Source: Nymphaea colorata (taxonomy: Eukaryota). From it: a DNA stretch of 64,000 bases. Location of the stretch: positions 9,610,001 through 9,674,000 of the forward strand of contig NC_045138.2 of assembly GCF_008831285.2 (NCBI RefSeq), given 5' to 3'. Within the stretch, counting starts at the first letter, position 1; each line of letters starts with the position of its first letter. Below the pieces are notes generated by a model that saw only the letters and a list, made by a program, of their open reading frames with translations, was not told where the DNA came from and made no database searches. Made by a program: the position numbers and the translations under genes. Of the stretch, positions 1-13,500 are shown piece by piece.

Positions 1-534
1 GGCATGCTCATCTCAATCTATGACAATGGAGATGAGTGAATATCATGTGTGAGAGGTCATCTGTGTGTCATCCTTGTGCAGGGGAGATGCTAATCGTTTT
101 TGTGTTGTTCCAATTTTTTCGTTCTTCAAAAGAGACCATGTGTAAAAAGTAATGATACAATGTCAGGAAGCATTGTCAAAATGAATCTGTTAAAATTGAA
201 AGAAATGGTGAAATTATTATGTTGGATATTGGTACATTTACTAATAAAGCAAAAGGGAAGGATTGGTAGCTCTACCCGAGCATTTCCACAATAGATGGGT
301 CCGTCGGGGATGGGAGAGGCACTGTGCCTCCCTCTTCCACCCGCAAGTTTCAAGAGAAGAAAAAAAAAAGGCCCACTAGAGCCACCAGATTGAAACAATC
401 AAAAGGTTCTCGAGAGTCATGATAGAAACACGTGAATCTGAACCTTGGAGCCAGGGTTTTCATTCAATCACATCCATCCGATGTATTACATGGAACGAGC
501 ATGCATTGTATGTATAAACGCTATTCCTTTTATT

Positions 535-1083
535 TGTTATAATCGTATTCTCCAAAAAGAATGCATCAACAACAATAAAAGAGACCAAACCAACATAAAA
601 CTGCTAAAAACGGAATCACAGGGCTGCGAGTATAAGATCGAGTTTTCAACACCGATATTGCAGCAATATACGCCAAGATATATGCTATATAATGCAGAAA
701 ACAAGAGACACCAATTTACGTGGAAAAACCCCCAATAATGGGGTAAAAAACCACGGAAAAGAAAAATATATATTTACACTTCAAAAAGGCAATACAATTA
801 TGTTGTTCTTCTTGCATGCAGAGGATAGCATAAATCATTCTCAAGAATGAATGCATAAGAAAACAAAAAAAAAAAGAAATCACGGTATGTTTTTCTTTTC
901 TTTCCTTTTGTTTTCTTCACTTTCTTTCTCTACACTTGAACCCACACGGCTGCCCAAATCCACAACCTTGCTCTTCTTCCTCTTTCCTTCTTGTCTTCCT
1001 TCTCTTCTTTGTCTTCTTCTTTCCCTTCGCCTTGCTTGGTGTGAGCCATAAGGGAAGACCTCTCTCTCTTCAAAAGAGTAAAA

Positions 1084-1139
<56 letters not shown>

Positions 1140-1231
1140 GTAAGAGTGATGTAAATAGGGCACCATCGGGTGCCCTCCTTTTTCTTTTCACCCGGGTCGG
1201 GTCCTCACTTGAGGCTGGACCCAACCCAACA
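535..1231 (-). repeat. 3' LTR of copia element 1
   Basis: TGTTAT...CCAACA, 697 bp, adjacent to the PPT; contains (GA)26 at 1087-1138. Confidence 0.92.
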
Positions 1232-1282
1232 AGCTCTCCCTCCATCCTCAAGAGAAGGATTATACCTGCAAAATAAACAAAA

Positions 1283-4200
1283 TTAATATATTGTTTTAAA
1301 GGCAGTCATCTCAACTATGTCTCTACACATGTCATGCTTCTCTTTAAGTAGAGACTTGATCATCATATCTACAAGATTCTTCTCTATATGTATATTCTCT
1401 AACTGAATCAGTTTTTGCTCAAGCACATCACGAATCCAATGATATCTGACATTCCTTGAGTGAAACGCTGAATTCTTCGCCAAGTGTATAGCGCTTTGGC
1501 TATCACAATGCAACACATAGGTCTTCTGACTAAGGCCTATATCATAAAGAAAACTCTTCATCCACAACAACTTTTTACAAGCTTCAGTTGCTACAATATA
1601 TTTTGCTTCTGTAGTGGAAAAAGCAACACACTTCTGTAACCTAAACCGCCATGATACAGCTCCCCCTACAAAAGTAAAGACATAACGATTAAGAGACTTT
1701 CTAGAGTTCAAGTCACATGACATAACCATTAAGAGACTTTATAGAGTTCAAGTCACATGCCATGTCTGCATCAACAAATCCTTGTATCTCTGGATTAGAT
1801 TCACTAAAACATAAACAGTAATTGTAAGTATGTTTAAGATACCTTATGATCCACTTCACTGCTGCCCAATGCTCATTGCCCGGATTTGACAAGAACTTGT
1901 TAACTACACCAACTGCATAAGCCAAGTCTAGGCGTGTGCAAACCATAGCATACATAAGACTCCCTACTGCAGAGGTATAGGGTACATTGTCCATTCTTTC
2001 TTTCTCATTTACTGGGGATGGACATTGCTCATTTCTCAATTTAAAATGTGTTGCTAAAGATGTACTTACTGTTTTGGCATCTTTCATGTTGAACTTACTA
2101 AGCACCTTCTCAATGTATTTCTCTTGTGATAACCACAACTTCTTGGTCTTCCTATCACGAACAATCCTCATGCCTAACAATTGTTATGTTGGCCCCAAGT
2201 CTTTCATATCAAAGAACTTGCCCATATCCTTCTTCAATTGACTAATCAATTGACAGTCATGTTCAACAATAAGCATGTTATCTACATATAACAACAAGAT
2301 AATGAAGTTACCTGATGAGAACTCTCTGATGTAGACACAGTGATCTACAGCTAACTTGCGATATCTTTGATTTATCATAAATGTATCAAATTTCTTGTAT
2401 CACTGTCTATGTGCTTGTTTAAATTCATACATGCTCTTCTTTAACTTACAAACTGTGTTTTTTTCTGGCAACCACAAAACCTTCTGACGGTGTCATGTAG
2501 ATTTCTTCATCTAGATCTCCATAAAGAAAAACAGTTTTTATATATAACTGTTCTAACTCCAAGTCTAGACATGCCACCAAACCAAGTATTATCCTAATAG
2601 ATGACATTTTAATAACATGAGAAAAAAATTCATCAAAATCAATACATCTTTCATGCTTGAAACCTTTCACCACTAACCGAGTTTTGTATCTCAACTTTTT
2701 TTTACCTTCATTTTTAAGCATGTAGACCCACTTGTTCTGCAACACTTTCTTACCTTTTGGTAGCTCTACCAAATCAAAAGTGTGATTCTTATACAAAAAA
2801 TTCATCTCTTCCTCCTGCATAGCATTAATTCATTTATCTTTATGCACATCATTTAGCACCTCTGCATAGAATTCTGGCTCTCCACTATCTGTAAACATAA
2901 TATATTCATCAGTAGAATATCTAGCAGATGGTATCGTGTTGCAGATGGTATCGTGTTCTTTTACATCTTCCCAATTGCTCATCAATTGTTTCTGAATGAG
3001 AATGAAGCTTCCCTTCCAACTCATGCTCATGATCAGTTTGAGTCTCCATAGGGCTGTCATCTGTATACTGCTCATCTGCCTCTCTTTCTTCTTCATCTAC
3101 ATCTTCATCAGTCTCACTATACTCAGATGAAAGTTCTTCAAGTTCTGCATAGGTTAGCTCATGAACACCACTAGCACTCACACCTGATTGTTTGTCACCC
3201 ATGACATTTTCAATCGTCTGATCCTCTTTGAAGACAACATGATGACTCTTGTAGATTTTGTAATTCTTTGGATCCCATAACCTGTAACCAAATTCATCAT
3301 CTGCATAACTCAAAAATATTAGAGGAATAGCTTTATCATCCAGTTTGGTTTTATGTTCTTTAGGTACATGCATAAAAACTTTGCAACCAAAAACTCTAAG
3401 GTGATCATACTTAACTTCTTCATCTGACCAAACTCCCTGTGGAATATCTCTATCTAGAGGCACTGAAGGAGATATGTTTATTAAATAAACTGCAGTACGC
3501 ATTGCCTCTGCTCAAAAATACTTTGACAACTTAGATCTAGATAGTAAACTCCTAACTCTCTCAATTATAGTTTTATTCATTTTTTCTGCAACTGCATTAT
3601 GTTGTGGAGTATAAGGAACTATCTTTTCATGTGTAATATCATGTTTTAGACAATAATTTCGTAAAAAAGATAATATGTACTCACCACTATTATCTGTACG
3701 CAGTCTCTTCATCTTCTTACCAGTCTCGCGCTCAACCGCTGCATGAAAAGTCATGAAGATACTACTTACTTCACTTTTGCTTTTCATTGTAAACATCCAC
3801 ACCTTTTTAAATGCATCATCAATAAATGTGACAAAATATGATGTTCCACCTTTAGATGTCACATTTATAGGTCCACATATATCTGAATAAACTAAATCTA
3901 AAATATATTTAGTTTTTGAAAAGTATTTTTTCTAAAAGAAAATTCGATGCAACTTACCAACCAAATAATGATCACAATGAGATAACTGTGTGTCATCTGC
4001 CTTTGGTAACAAATTCCTCTTGGTGAGCAAATCGATTTCTCTTTGACTCATGTGACCTAACCTCAGATCTTACGAAGTACCACCAGTAACTGCATTGATA
4101 TCCACACTACTGATTTGAGACTTGATCTCATACAAAGAGCCAAATCTATCACCTCTAGCCAACACTAGTGCCCCCTTTTTCAGTTTCCAACCAGTCTCAC

Positions 4201-5324
4201 TAAACGAAGTATAATATCCATCTTCCCTTAATTTTCTTGCAAAAATCAAGTACATTCTAAGATCTGGAACATGTCTTACATCTCTCAAAGTCAACTTGCA
4301 TTTTGTGCTCGTCTCAATGCGAACATCTCCTATCCCAACAATCTTCTAAGTATCACTATTGCCCATGTGAACTACTCCAAAATCACCAGCTTTATAGGAT
4401 AAGAACAACTCTCTACATGGTATGACATGATATGATGTCTCAGTATCTAAAATATATATAGAATCACCATTCTAAACTGTAAGACAATCATTTTCTTCAG
4501 ATAAAAATAATACTATCTCATCATCTGAAGCAACTGCAGTGTACTATTTTGGCTTCACAACTCTTCTTTTTCTGTTTTTTTTTCTTCTTTCTATTTCCTG
4601 CAATCAATTTTCTTGTGCCCTGAAATACATCGTGAAAGCATTTACCTATCATCTTGGGTCTTGATTTGGACTTAGAGTTTGATCTGTCATGTCATTTGTT
4701 ACGGTTCTTCTGTCTGCCCATGTCTCTCATCACTAGCACTTGTGAGCAACTAGTACCAAGAGACTTTCTCCTTGTCTCTTCATTTAGAATGTTGTTCGTT
4801 ACATACTTCATCGTAAGCACACCATCTGGAGCGGAGTTGCTCAAAGAAACAACTAAAGTCTCCCAGCTGTTGGGAAGAGAACTGAGCAATAAGAGTGTCT
4901 GTAACTCATCATCTAATATCATTTTCATGGCTGGCAACTGATTGATTATGCTCTTCACTTCATTCAAATGCTCTGACACTGGTTTTCTCTCTCTAAGTTT
5001 CAAATTTACCAATTGCCTAATCAATAAAGCCTTGTTTCCAACTGTTTTCATCTCGTAAAGATTATGCAGTTTCTGCCATAACGACTTCGCACTCGTCTCT
5101 GCAGATACCAAAAGAAAAACACATTCATGTAACCATTGTTTGATGGTGCCAATGGTTTTTCTGTCCAATAACTTCCATTTTTCATCTGTCATATTCGCTG
5201 ATTTCTGGTTCTTAATAAGTGCATACAGGTCTTTACAATACAACAAATCTTTCATTTTGGCTTTTCATATGGTCCAATTGTTTCCATTTAGAGAGACCAT
5301 TTTAGTGGGAGTCGAATCCATCAT
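1283..5324 (-). pseudogene. Disrupted copia gag-pol polyprotein
   Basis: ORF fragments: gag (MKDLLYCKDLY..., LLLSSLPNSWETLV), integrase (FIDDAFKKVW, LRTDNSGEY, PQHNAVAEKMN), RT (YKTRLVVKGF, LLYVDNML with YVDD mutated) and RNase H (EAKYIVATEACK, CDSQSAIHLAKN). Split by many stops and frameshifts. Confidence 0.93.
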
Positions 5325-5377
5325 TCAATAAAAATGCACACAACCAACCTGGTGTGAACATGGCTCTGATACCACTT

Positions 5378-6021
5378 TGTTATAGTTGTATTCCTAAAAA
5401 AAAAAAGCTTCAACAACAATAAAAGAGGTCAAACCAATATAAAATTGCTAAAAAAAGAATCACAGGGCTGCGAGCATAAGATCGAGTTTCTAACACCGAT
5501 ATTGCAACAATATATGCCAAGATATATGCTAAATAATGCAGAAAACAAGAGACACCAATTTACGTGGGAAAACCCCCAATAATGGGGTAAAAAACCGCGG
5601 AAAAGAAAATATATATTTATACTTCAAAGAGGCAATACAATTATGTAGTTCTTCTTGCAGAGGATAGCATAAATCATTCTCAAGAATGAATGCACAAGAA
5701 AACAACAAAAAAAAGAAATCACCGTATGTTTTTCTTTTCTTTCCTTTGTTTTCTTCACTTTCTTTCTCTACACTTGAACCCACACGGCTGCCCAAATCCA
5801 CAACCGTGCTCTTCTTCTTCTTCTTCTTTCCTTCTTGCCTTCCTTCTCTTATTTGTCTTCTTCTTTCCCTTATCCTTGCTGTGAGCCACGAGGGAATACC
5901 TCTCTTTCTTTTCTTCAAAAGAGTAAAAAACGAGAGAGAGAGAGAGACGTGAGAGTGATGGAGATAGGGCACCGTCGGGTGCCCTCCCCTCTTTCTTTCC
6001 ACCCCTGGACCCGACCCAACA
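5378..6021 (-). repeat. 5' LTR of copia element 1
   Basis: TGTTAT...CCAACA, 644 bp, adjacent to the PBS; contains (GA)8 at 5932-5947. Confidence 0.92.
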
Positions 6022-6760
6022 TTATGAACATTGAAAAGCTTTTATATGTAACTTTTTTTGTGAATATAAAAAAGATACATTTGTTTCCGTATCAAATTTC
6101 AAATTTTTACATGTCTTTGGAAAATAGTGATTAATAATTTGTTTAAGAAAATGTTATCCTCACGAGGTTTGGCAGCTGGGGTTCGTCCTCGTTATCGAAA
6201 ATACATTGCTGAAATTGTATATCTTGTTAAATCCTCTCTCATATATATACAGGCACTGGATGAATCGTCTTCCGGTTACTTTTACAGGCTCGAGGATCAT
6301 TGTCACGAGGAGTCGTCAACTGAATTTGTGTGGTGGTCAAAGCAGCACCTCTCAAAGGCGTGTGATAGATCGCTGGGGGTGTCAACTGTCTGAGTCTGAA
6401 CGTGACCCTGGACCTGATTACGCTATAAGCCAGATCCAATTAACCCGTACTCGGAAGGCATGGGTCCGACCCAAACCCGATCCGATGACATGCAGTCTAG
6501 CACGAGCAGCAAATTCATGGCCCTTGCTGATCAACTGGTTTAATTAGAATCGGAGACAAAGTAGAAGGATGGAGGTGGGAAAAGGAAACCCTAGCGAATC
6601 CTTTTTGCTTCATAGAGCAATTTCTGTTAGTTCCATGGCCGTCCACGACTTCCCTTTTCCAACGTTCTTTACTTTACATTTGAAACATTCGTTTTGGAAA
6701 CAAATTAAAGGCAAAGTTTGTAATTTCCTTTTTAACGTGTGACATAATTATATATATATA

Positions 6761-6821
<61 letters not shown>

Positions 6822-6887
6822 ATGCGCAGAAGAAGAGAGAGACAGGGGTAAAGTTCTCAAGGTTTTTACACATTGACTAGACCAAGG

Positions 6888-7090
6888 CATGGGCGGAGCT
6901 AGGATTTTTCTCAGGGGTGGTCTAAACGGTCATTTGGCTGGGCCAAACGGTCCAATGAATTTATCCAGGTATAGCCAAACTAAATCAGAATATAAAAAAT
7001 ATTAGACAACTAAAAATTCTCAAATTAAAAATTTTTTTTTTTACTTAGCTAATGTCTGCCTAGGCCGGTCCCCCCTTCCCTCCGCCCTTG
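6888..7090. mobile_element. hAT-superfamily MITE (203 bp)
   Basis: TIR CATGGGCGGAG / CTCCGCCCTTG (1 mismatch). Perfect 8-bp TSD GACCAAGG at 6880-6887 and 7091-7098. Confidence 0.9.
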
Positions 7091-8617
7091 GACCAAGGCT
7101 AGTAGCAGGGGCTTATCAATGTAGTCAACGATCTTACCGGCACAAAGAATGAAAATGGTTTGGGCTCTCACTCGGGTGCATTAGTAGAATACTCCTCCTA
7201 TTCACATTGGCTGGTTTCCATCTCCTACCTGAAATTAACTGACAAATTTGGTATGTATCTGTCACCCGCCTTGCTTTCTGGATTTAGTGAACCAAATTAT
7301 AGCTTATTTTACATTACTATATGTGTATGACAGGTATGAATCAATGTGGGCCCCGTAGCTGCGGGTTCAATGTACTGGGAATTGAGTTATGGGCCCGAAT
7401 ATGATGGGTTAGACCCAGCTCCTTTTCTTTAACAAAGGGAATGGTTATTCTCTCCTACCCTCATATGTGGATGCGTCAATAAAGAAATGCGAGTGTACGG
7501 TCATAGTGAACAGTGTGAAGATGAGATTTTATGTAGGGACGTGTTGAGTTACATTTTTACATACTGTTTTGTAGCCAAGTATAGTTTTGCCTTCAAATCA
7601 AAACAGCATTCAAGGTAAGTATGGGTGCCAATAGAAACTGAGTTTGTGAAAGACCAAATTCTGAGTTGTGAATCTCTGTTTTCAAGAGATTTTTAATAAT
7701 CTTAACAATGTCACTCAGATACACAAACCAAGTTCCAAAAACCAGTTGAAAATTGGGTTTAAGTATGTCGATAGATATGATTTGAAATAGACGTACTATT
7801 AACCATATCCGCTTTTTCATATATTCATATACTCAACTCAAATACGGTGGAAAAAAATTGTATCCGAATATGGGTAAAACCTATCAATCAAGTCCACAAC
7901 GATGTTCGATACGATGATAGTTGATTTTACGTTTTTCTCTCTGATCAACTCAATCAGCAGAATTTTCCCATTACCTCATCCCAAATTGCTACGATGCATG
8001 ACTTTGAATATAACATGATATTAAGCACATGAGTCGTGCTCATGACGGCTTGGCGAATCATGAACGGAGTTGTAGTCACGTACATGGTAACTCCAATATC
8101 TCTCCAACTAATCGGACCGCTTATTTAATTCCTTTGCTTTTTAAAATAATAAGTTCTTGGTTTATCAAATTTTCGATCTTCAAGAAGAATCCTTTTTTGA
8201 CACAAAACAAGATAGATTCTCGGTGGTTGTGGGAAAAAGAGGGAATAAAAGGTGAAACACGTGGTGCTCAACAGTTATTTCACATGTTTAGATGGCGCAA
8301 CACTGCACTGGCAGTAGCCATCTTTTCAATAATTTAATGGCGAACCCTTGCTTGTAATTCACCCAACAAACGACCACCTAAGGGGACCAAACATATACGA
8401 GTTCCAAAGACAAAATAAAATAGAACAAAAATAAAGATGAAAAAAATTGAAAAGAATAGATCCACGTACCATGACGTGTAGCTCAGTTACCTTATCTGCT
8501 CGGCCATCTTTGCCTTTATTCTTAATTTCTTATTGTTTTATTTGCAGTTGCCGAGATCATTTCAGCTGGTCCTCATGCTTTCGAGCGAGAGAAAGTTCTA
8601 AATAAGTGGACGAGCAT

Positions 8618-8720
8618 ACGCCGAATATAGACCCTACTCTACTATAATTATACACGCCGAATATAGACCCTACTCTACTATAATTATACACGCCGAAGAT
8701 AGACCCTATTATAATTATAC
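8618..8720. repeat. 36-bp minisatellite, about 3 copies
   Basis: ACGCCGAATATAGACCCTACTCTACTATAATTATAC occurs exactly at 8618 and 8654. A third copy at 8690 has a 5-bp deletion. Confidence 0.9.
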
Positions 8721-10353
8721 ACATTTATTATTTTTATATCTAAACACTACATATACATGTGAGTAAGATAAGATAATAAATATGTATAAAATGATAAATA
8801 AGTATAAGATAATATTTATGAGATAACAAAATATTTATGAAACAATTAAATAACAACCAGACGGATGTATGAGGTAACACTAACATAAGTATGAAATAAT
8901 GTTTATAAGATAACAAAAGATTTATTATATACTGAGATAACATACGAATCTATAAGATAATATTTATGAGATAATGAAATATTTATGAAATAATGAGATA
9001 ATAAGTAGATAAATAAGATAATGCTAAACATAATTATGAGATAATGTTTATGAGGTAATAAAATATTTATAATATAAGGAGATAATGCTATGAACGGTGA
9101 AGACACTTTTTTACTGTTTAAAGTGGTATATTGATCATAATGATATGTATATAACAAATTTTATTTTTATTGAATCCTCAAATCTTCTTTTTATGGTTTT
9201 ACTTTTTGTCCCTAGGTTTTTTTTATTAATTATGGGTATTTTTTTATCATTATTAAAATGACACATGAAATTACGTCCACACACAGATGTGGCATATATA
9301 ACTAGCTTCACTCTCAAGCCAACATATATGCCCATGCAACCCTGAATTTACCAAACCGTGACCAATTGGACACGCACACACTCTCTCTCTCTCTATATAT
9401 ATATATACCTTAAAGGCAAAAACTAGAAAGGGTTTAGTTCATTTAATCTGATCGAATTCAATTGCAGTTCCATGTTGTGGTATGAAGGGGAATACCCAGC
9501 TCTGTTTTGTTATAGGTAGATGTTTGGTCTTTGTCTACACTGACTTGGCTGTAGTTTCAAAACATGAAATGCAAATGTGGACTTGAAACTGACTTAATTA
9601 TTGTCTTCATCTAAATTAGTCAAGCTAGAGGCGGAGCCATGTTTAGCACAGGCCCGCCTCAAACTTTTAATAATAATAAAAAAAAGAAGTTACATTAGTT
9701 TTTATAAAAAAATATTCATCTTTTTAAAATTTGTCTAAAAATATGATCAATACCTCTACAATGTGTGAAAGTAAGTGAGTGTGCCTTCGGCGAATTTATC
9801 TATTTTCCTTTTTCTCCACCGTTAGCTAACTTCGCTTCTGCGACATCGGCTATTAATTTCCGAACAAGATTCAATAGCAGGGCGCGCTGCCGCGATGCTT
9901 AGTCCAGAAAGGATGTTCGGGTCTGAATTTGTTGTAGAAAGAGACAAATTACACACATGAAAAAGAAATGAAAGACGTCGATAACCAAGAAGGTGAGGGC
10001 AGTTTGATGAAAGAAGGAAGGTTGGGAAAGGAAAAGAAAGGGTTGGACCGTCAAAGCCATGATGACTAAAGGCCTGCTCTCTGCCTCAGCAACAACCTCG
10101 CCTGCTTTTCTTTAATTTCCCTTCTTTCTCTGCTACAAGCCACCAACCTCGGGCACTGAGCTCAACCCAGCTTCCACCTCCCCCACACAGCCCAGAGAGA
10201 GGGAGGGAGAGAGAGTTATTCCTTTGCTGCTGCTGCTTCTTCTTGCTTCTTTTCTTTCCTTTTCTTTTATAGGAAAGAGCGACTCCTACATTCTCAACAC
10301 TGTCTCCCTTTGGAAAAAGAAAAGAGAATGTCTTCTACAGCACTTTGCTGTCT

Positions 10354-10362
10354 TTTATATAA
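10354..10362 (+). promoter_or_regulatory. Candidate TATA box of the HMA gene
   Basis: TTTATATAA about 155 bp upstream of the ATG, followed by a CT-rich leader. Confidence 0.35.
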
Positions 10363-10512
10363 CGACCCTCTGCAACCATCGCCATCTCCCTGTCCAGCTT
10401 TCTCTTCATCCGCCGCTGCTTTCATGCATGAATTCTCTCCTGCCTCTGCGTCTTCACCTTGGCCATTTCTGCCTTCCAGTCCTAGCTCTCCTGCTTTTGC
10501 TGCTGCCGCTTC

Positions 10513-10516
10513 ATGG

Positions 10517-10576
<60 letters not shown>

Positions 10577-13500
10577 ATATATATATATATAATTTTGTCA
10601 GTGCTTGTATATATACATATATATGCCAATTGGTAGAAACTAGACCATTAAGTCAGGAACAAAAGCCAAATCTTTTAAATGTGATGTTTAAGGTTTTCTT
10701 TTTTGTTATTGGTATGAATTAAGAATAGTTGATGTAAAACATATACTAAGTTTATCATGTTTTGAATTTTAATAGTGTTTTTATAATAAACATAAATAAC
10801 TGGATTCCGTAGCATCAACATTTTGATAATAAAAAATTTTACATTTCTCATAAGAATCAAAGTATATTTTATATAAAAATAGTTTTTATATGACAGATCT
10901 CAGCTTATTAGAAAGGTTAATTAAACTTCAAGCTAGATTTTCCTGAGATAGTCCTTTACATAGGCAAAGCAACACACCAATATGATGCATATTAGCCGAT
11001 ACAAATTAATGAATGTGAGACCATACGAACAGCAGGAAAAAAAGAAAAAAAAAAACTCATATCAGATCTGCCATTTTTGCAACCTTATAGTTATATCGGA
11101 AGTTGGGCCTCAATGGAATCTAACATTTAGCAAAAGGGGGGGGGGGGAAAGAGAGAGAGAGAGAGAGAGAAAAGGCTCATCCCATATCTGACCAAGCCTA
11201 CCCTTGACCAAAGCGGCAATGGCTAACGGCATGGTTTAATATTGGCATTGAGGACGTACATTTGTTCGATTTTATTGCTTTTCTGATCAGCTTCTCAGTC
11301 CATCAAGGGCATAGAAATGAGATCTATCAATTCGATTTCTATTTGTTTGGTTTCTTAATTAATCTCATATTCAATAACATGTATGTATTATATATCTTTC
11401 ATATGTTTCAGACGGTAGAGCTCAAGGTGGAGATGGTAGGGATGCATTGTGAGAGAAGAATCAGGAAAAGCCTGTCTAAAATCAAAGGTACATTTCTTCA
11501 TGAAAAATCAATTTAATGTTTATTCGTAAGCGATCAGTTCTTACTTTCTAGTTCTTTATTTCCTCTAATGATATATGAAGTAAATGAAGCCCCAGTATTT
11601 GACGAACAGCGGCAGCCTCAGCCAAGATAGCGTTGCTTTTGCTCAGGCCAATGCCATGGTATTATCATTGTTAACATTAGTGTTGTAAATTACTTAACTC
11701 TGAACCTGATGCCTAATTCTACAAAATAAACATACACTTGTAAGGACCCCAAATTTTAGAAGCCTCCGAGATTCAGCGCAGCCACATCAAGTGGCATGCG
11801 GGAGGACAATGAAGGAATTAACTTCTTGCCGACCAATCCCTTCCTTTACCTGAATAACGTAGGTCCCACTCAAAACCAAGGCTTATGTGGGGTTACGTCC
11901 GTTTGTGTAATAATATATGAATATTTATCTGCGCTTGTTGGCGGATGTGTCCAATACAATGGACAGTCCTAAAATCCAAGAAGAGTATAACACACTAAAG
12001 GGGGTGTTTGGCAGCATGAACATTATTTTGTAAGTGGTTTGGTTGTAAGTGTTTTATGAATTTACTTTAAAAGTTAAGCAAATTCAAAACACTATAGCTA
12101 TTGTTAGCTCAATTGGCCCTAATCATTGGGTCAAATTTATGGGACACTCACAAGGTGTCTTTAATGACAAACGACTTCAAAAACCAATACAAAGATAAAA
12201 TGAGAAAACAAATAATATCTTCTTTTTTTCTTCATATTATTTTGAATGTGAGAGATGATTATGATCCACTACCTAAAAAAGAGCCTAAAGGCCCCTTTCA
12301 TTTTTCAATCTCTTGGTTTAATATATGCCCAATGTACGACAATTGGTACAACACTCCCAAGCATTGTCACATATATTGTGTATGGGTATTATTTGGTGAG
12401 AAATTTCTATAGTATAATATGGCAATATTGTATAGCTTGAGAAAATCTCGGTAAATTTTTTAAAAATTTTAAACATTTAATAATACACGTATTTCACGTT
12501 TTTTTATTTTCTAGCATTTTATTAAAAAATATGTGTCTAACTGTTGTTGTTTTATACGACTGACTTATTTCTCGCGTATTATGCGTGTTTTTTTTTAATA
12601 ATATGAGTTTTCTATGACAATGCTCCCAAACAATGGCGACCCATACATTGGCTGATGTGGGCAGTTGCTTGCACCAGTCCCAATAGTTTGTTTTTATTTT
12701 GTGTAGATGTCTTCAAAACATTTGTTTATTCTACTGCCTCATTGAACAATGAAAATTCCTGAAATAGTGCCCCTCAACAAAAGGTTGGTTGCTCCCAAGT
12801 TTTATCGGGGAAATTGCTACAACTTTAATTTTTGCTGATTAAGATTTGTTCATATTCACGTAAATGGGGGCTGAGGCAGGGGAGGCAAGTCTATGGCCCC
12901 TCCCCATTCTTTTTTTTTAATTAAAAAATTTTACATGTAAATTTCAAAAATTTTAGTTTATCTTATATAAAAAAAACTGAAAAAATATATTTCAACTCAT
13001 GCTAAAAATTGAAACTACAGTTCAACTCCTAAAACAAAAAATTTTCTGGCTTCCGTTTAGCACGTGAATGTGACCTCTTCTGGCCTTCCTTTGCTTGGAG
13101 CGTATAAGAATCTATAAAACACGTTTCTTTGTGAGCGTGCCCCCATTAGATATTCTCTGACTGTTTCTGTTTTCGTAATGTGAGACTGAGCGGAGGAGAG
13201 ATGATCCCCAACAAGTACTCGTGTATCCTTGGCTTTCTTGAACTTGGAAGATCTTGAGTCTGTGGTGCACACGCCTCTCTTCACTTTTATTTCAAAAGGC
13301 TCTATAAATATTGGCGCCCTAAGTTGGAAAATTTACACATTAATCATTGTTCTTCTAATTAGCAAAACTGTGGGTATAATATCTGGAGTTATTTTGATGC
13401 AGGAATAGAGAAAGTGGATGTGGACGTGAGCACGCAGAAGGTGGTGGTCACAGGGTACGTGCACAGAAACAGAGTTCTCAAGGCGCTGAGGAGGTCTGGG

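Larger units (their letters stand above)
535..6021 (-). mobile_element. Full-length degenerate Ty1/copia LTR retrotransposon (Tnt1/Tork-like)
   Basis: Two TG..CA LTRs at 535-1231 and 5378-6021, roughly 90% identical by eye. Near-perfect 5-bp TSD TTATT (530-534)/TTATG (6022-6026). tRNA-iMet PBS TGGTATCAGAGCCA on the minus strand (5374-5361) and a PPT at ~1249-1234. Domain order gag-PR-INT-RT-RH is the copia order. Confidence 0.95.

Noticed and set aside
851..1251. ORFs with SLSLSL/ERERER runs (also 5529-6134, 10224-10722, 31832-32202)
   Set aside because: These are translations of GA/CT/TA microsatellites in LTRs, UTRs or introns.
8618..8720. 36-bp direct repeats as a CRISPR array
   Set aside because: The units are head-to-tail with no spacers, the context is eukaryotic, and there are no cas genes.
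9626..9830. hAT MITE related to 6888-7090 (also 12865-13060)
   Set aside because: Only one end is recognisable and there is no TSD, so boundaries cannot be supported.
13225..13310. miR396-like GCTTTCTTGAACT in an HMA intron
   Set aside because: The 5' seed does not match and there is no well-paired star arm.
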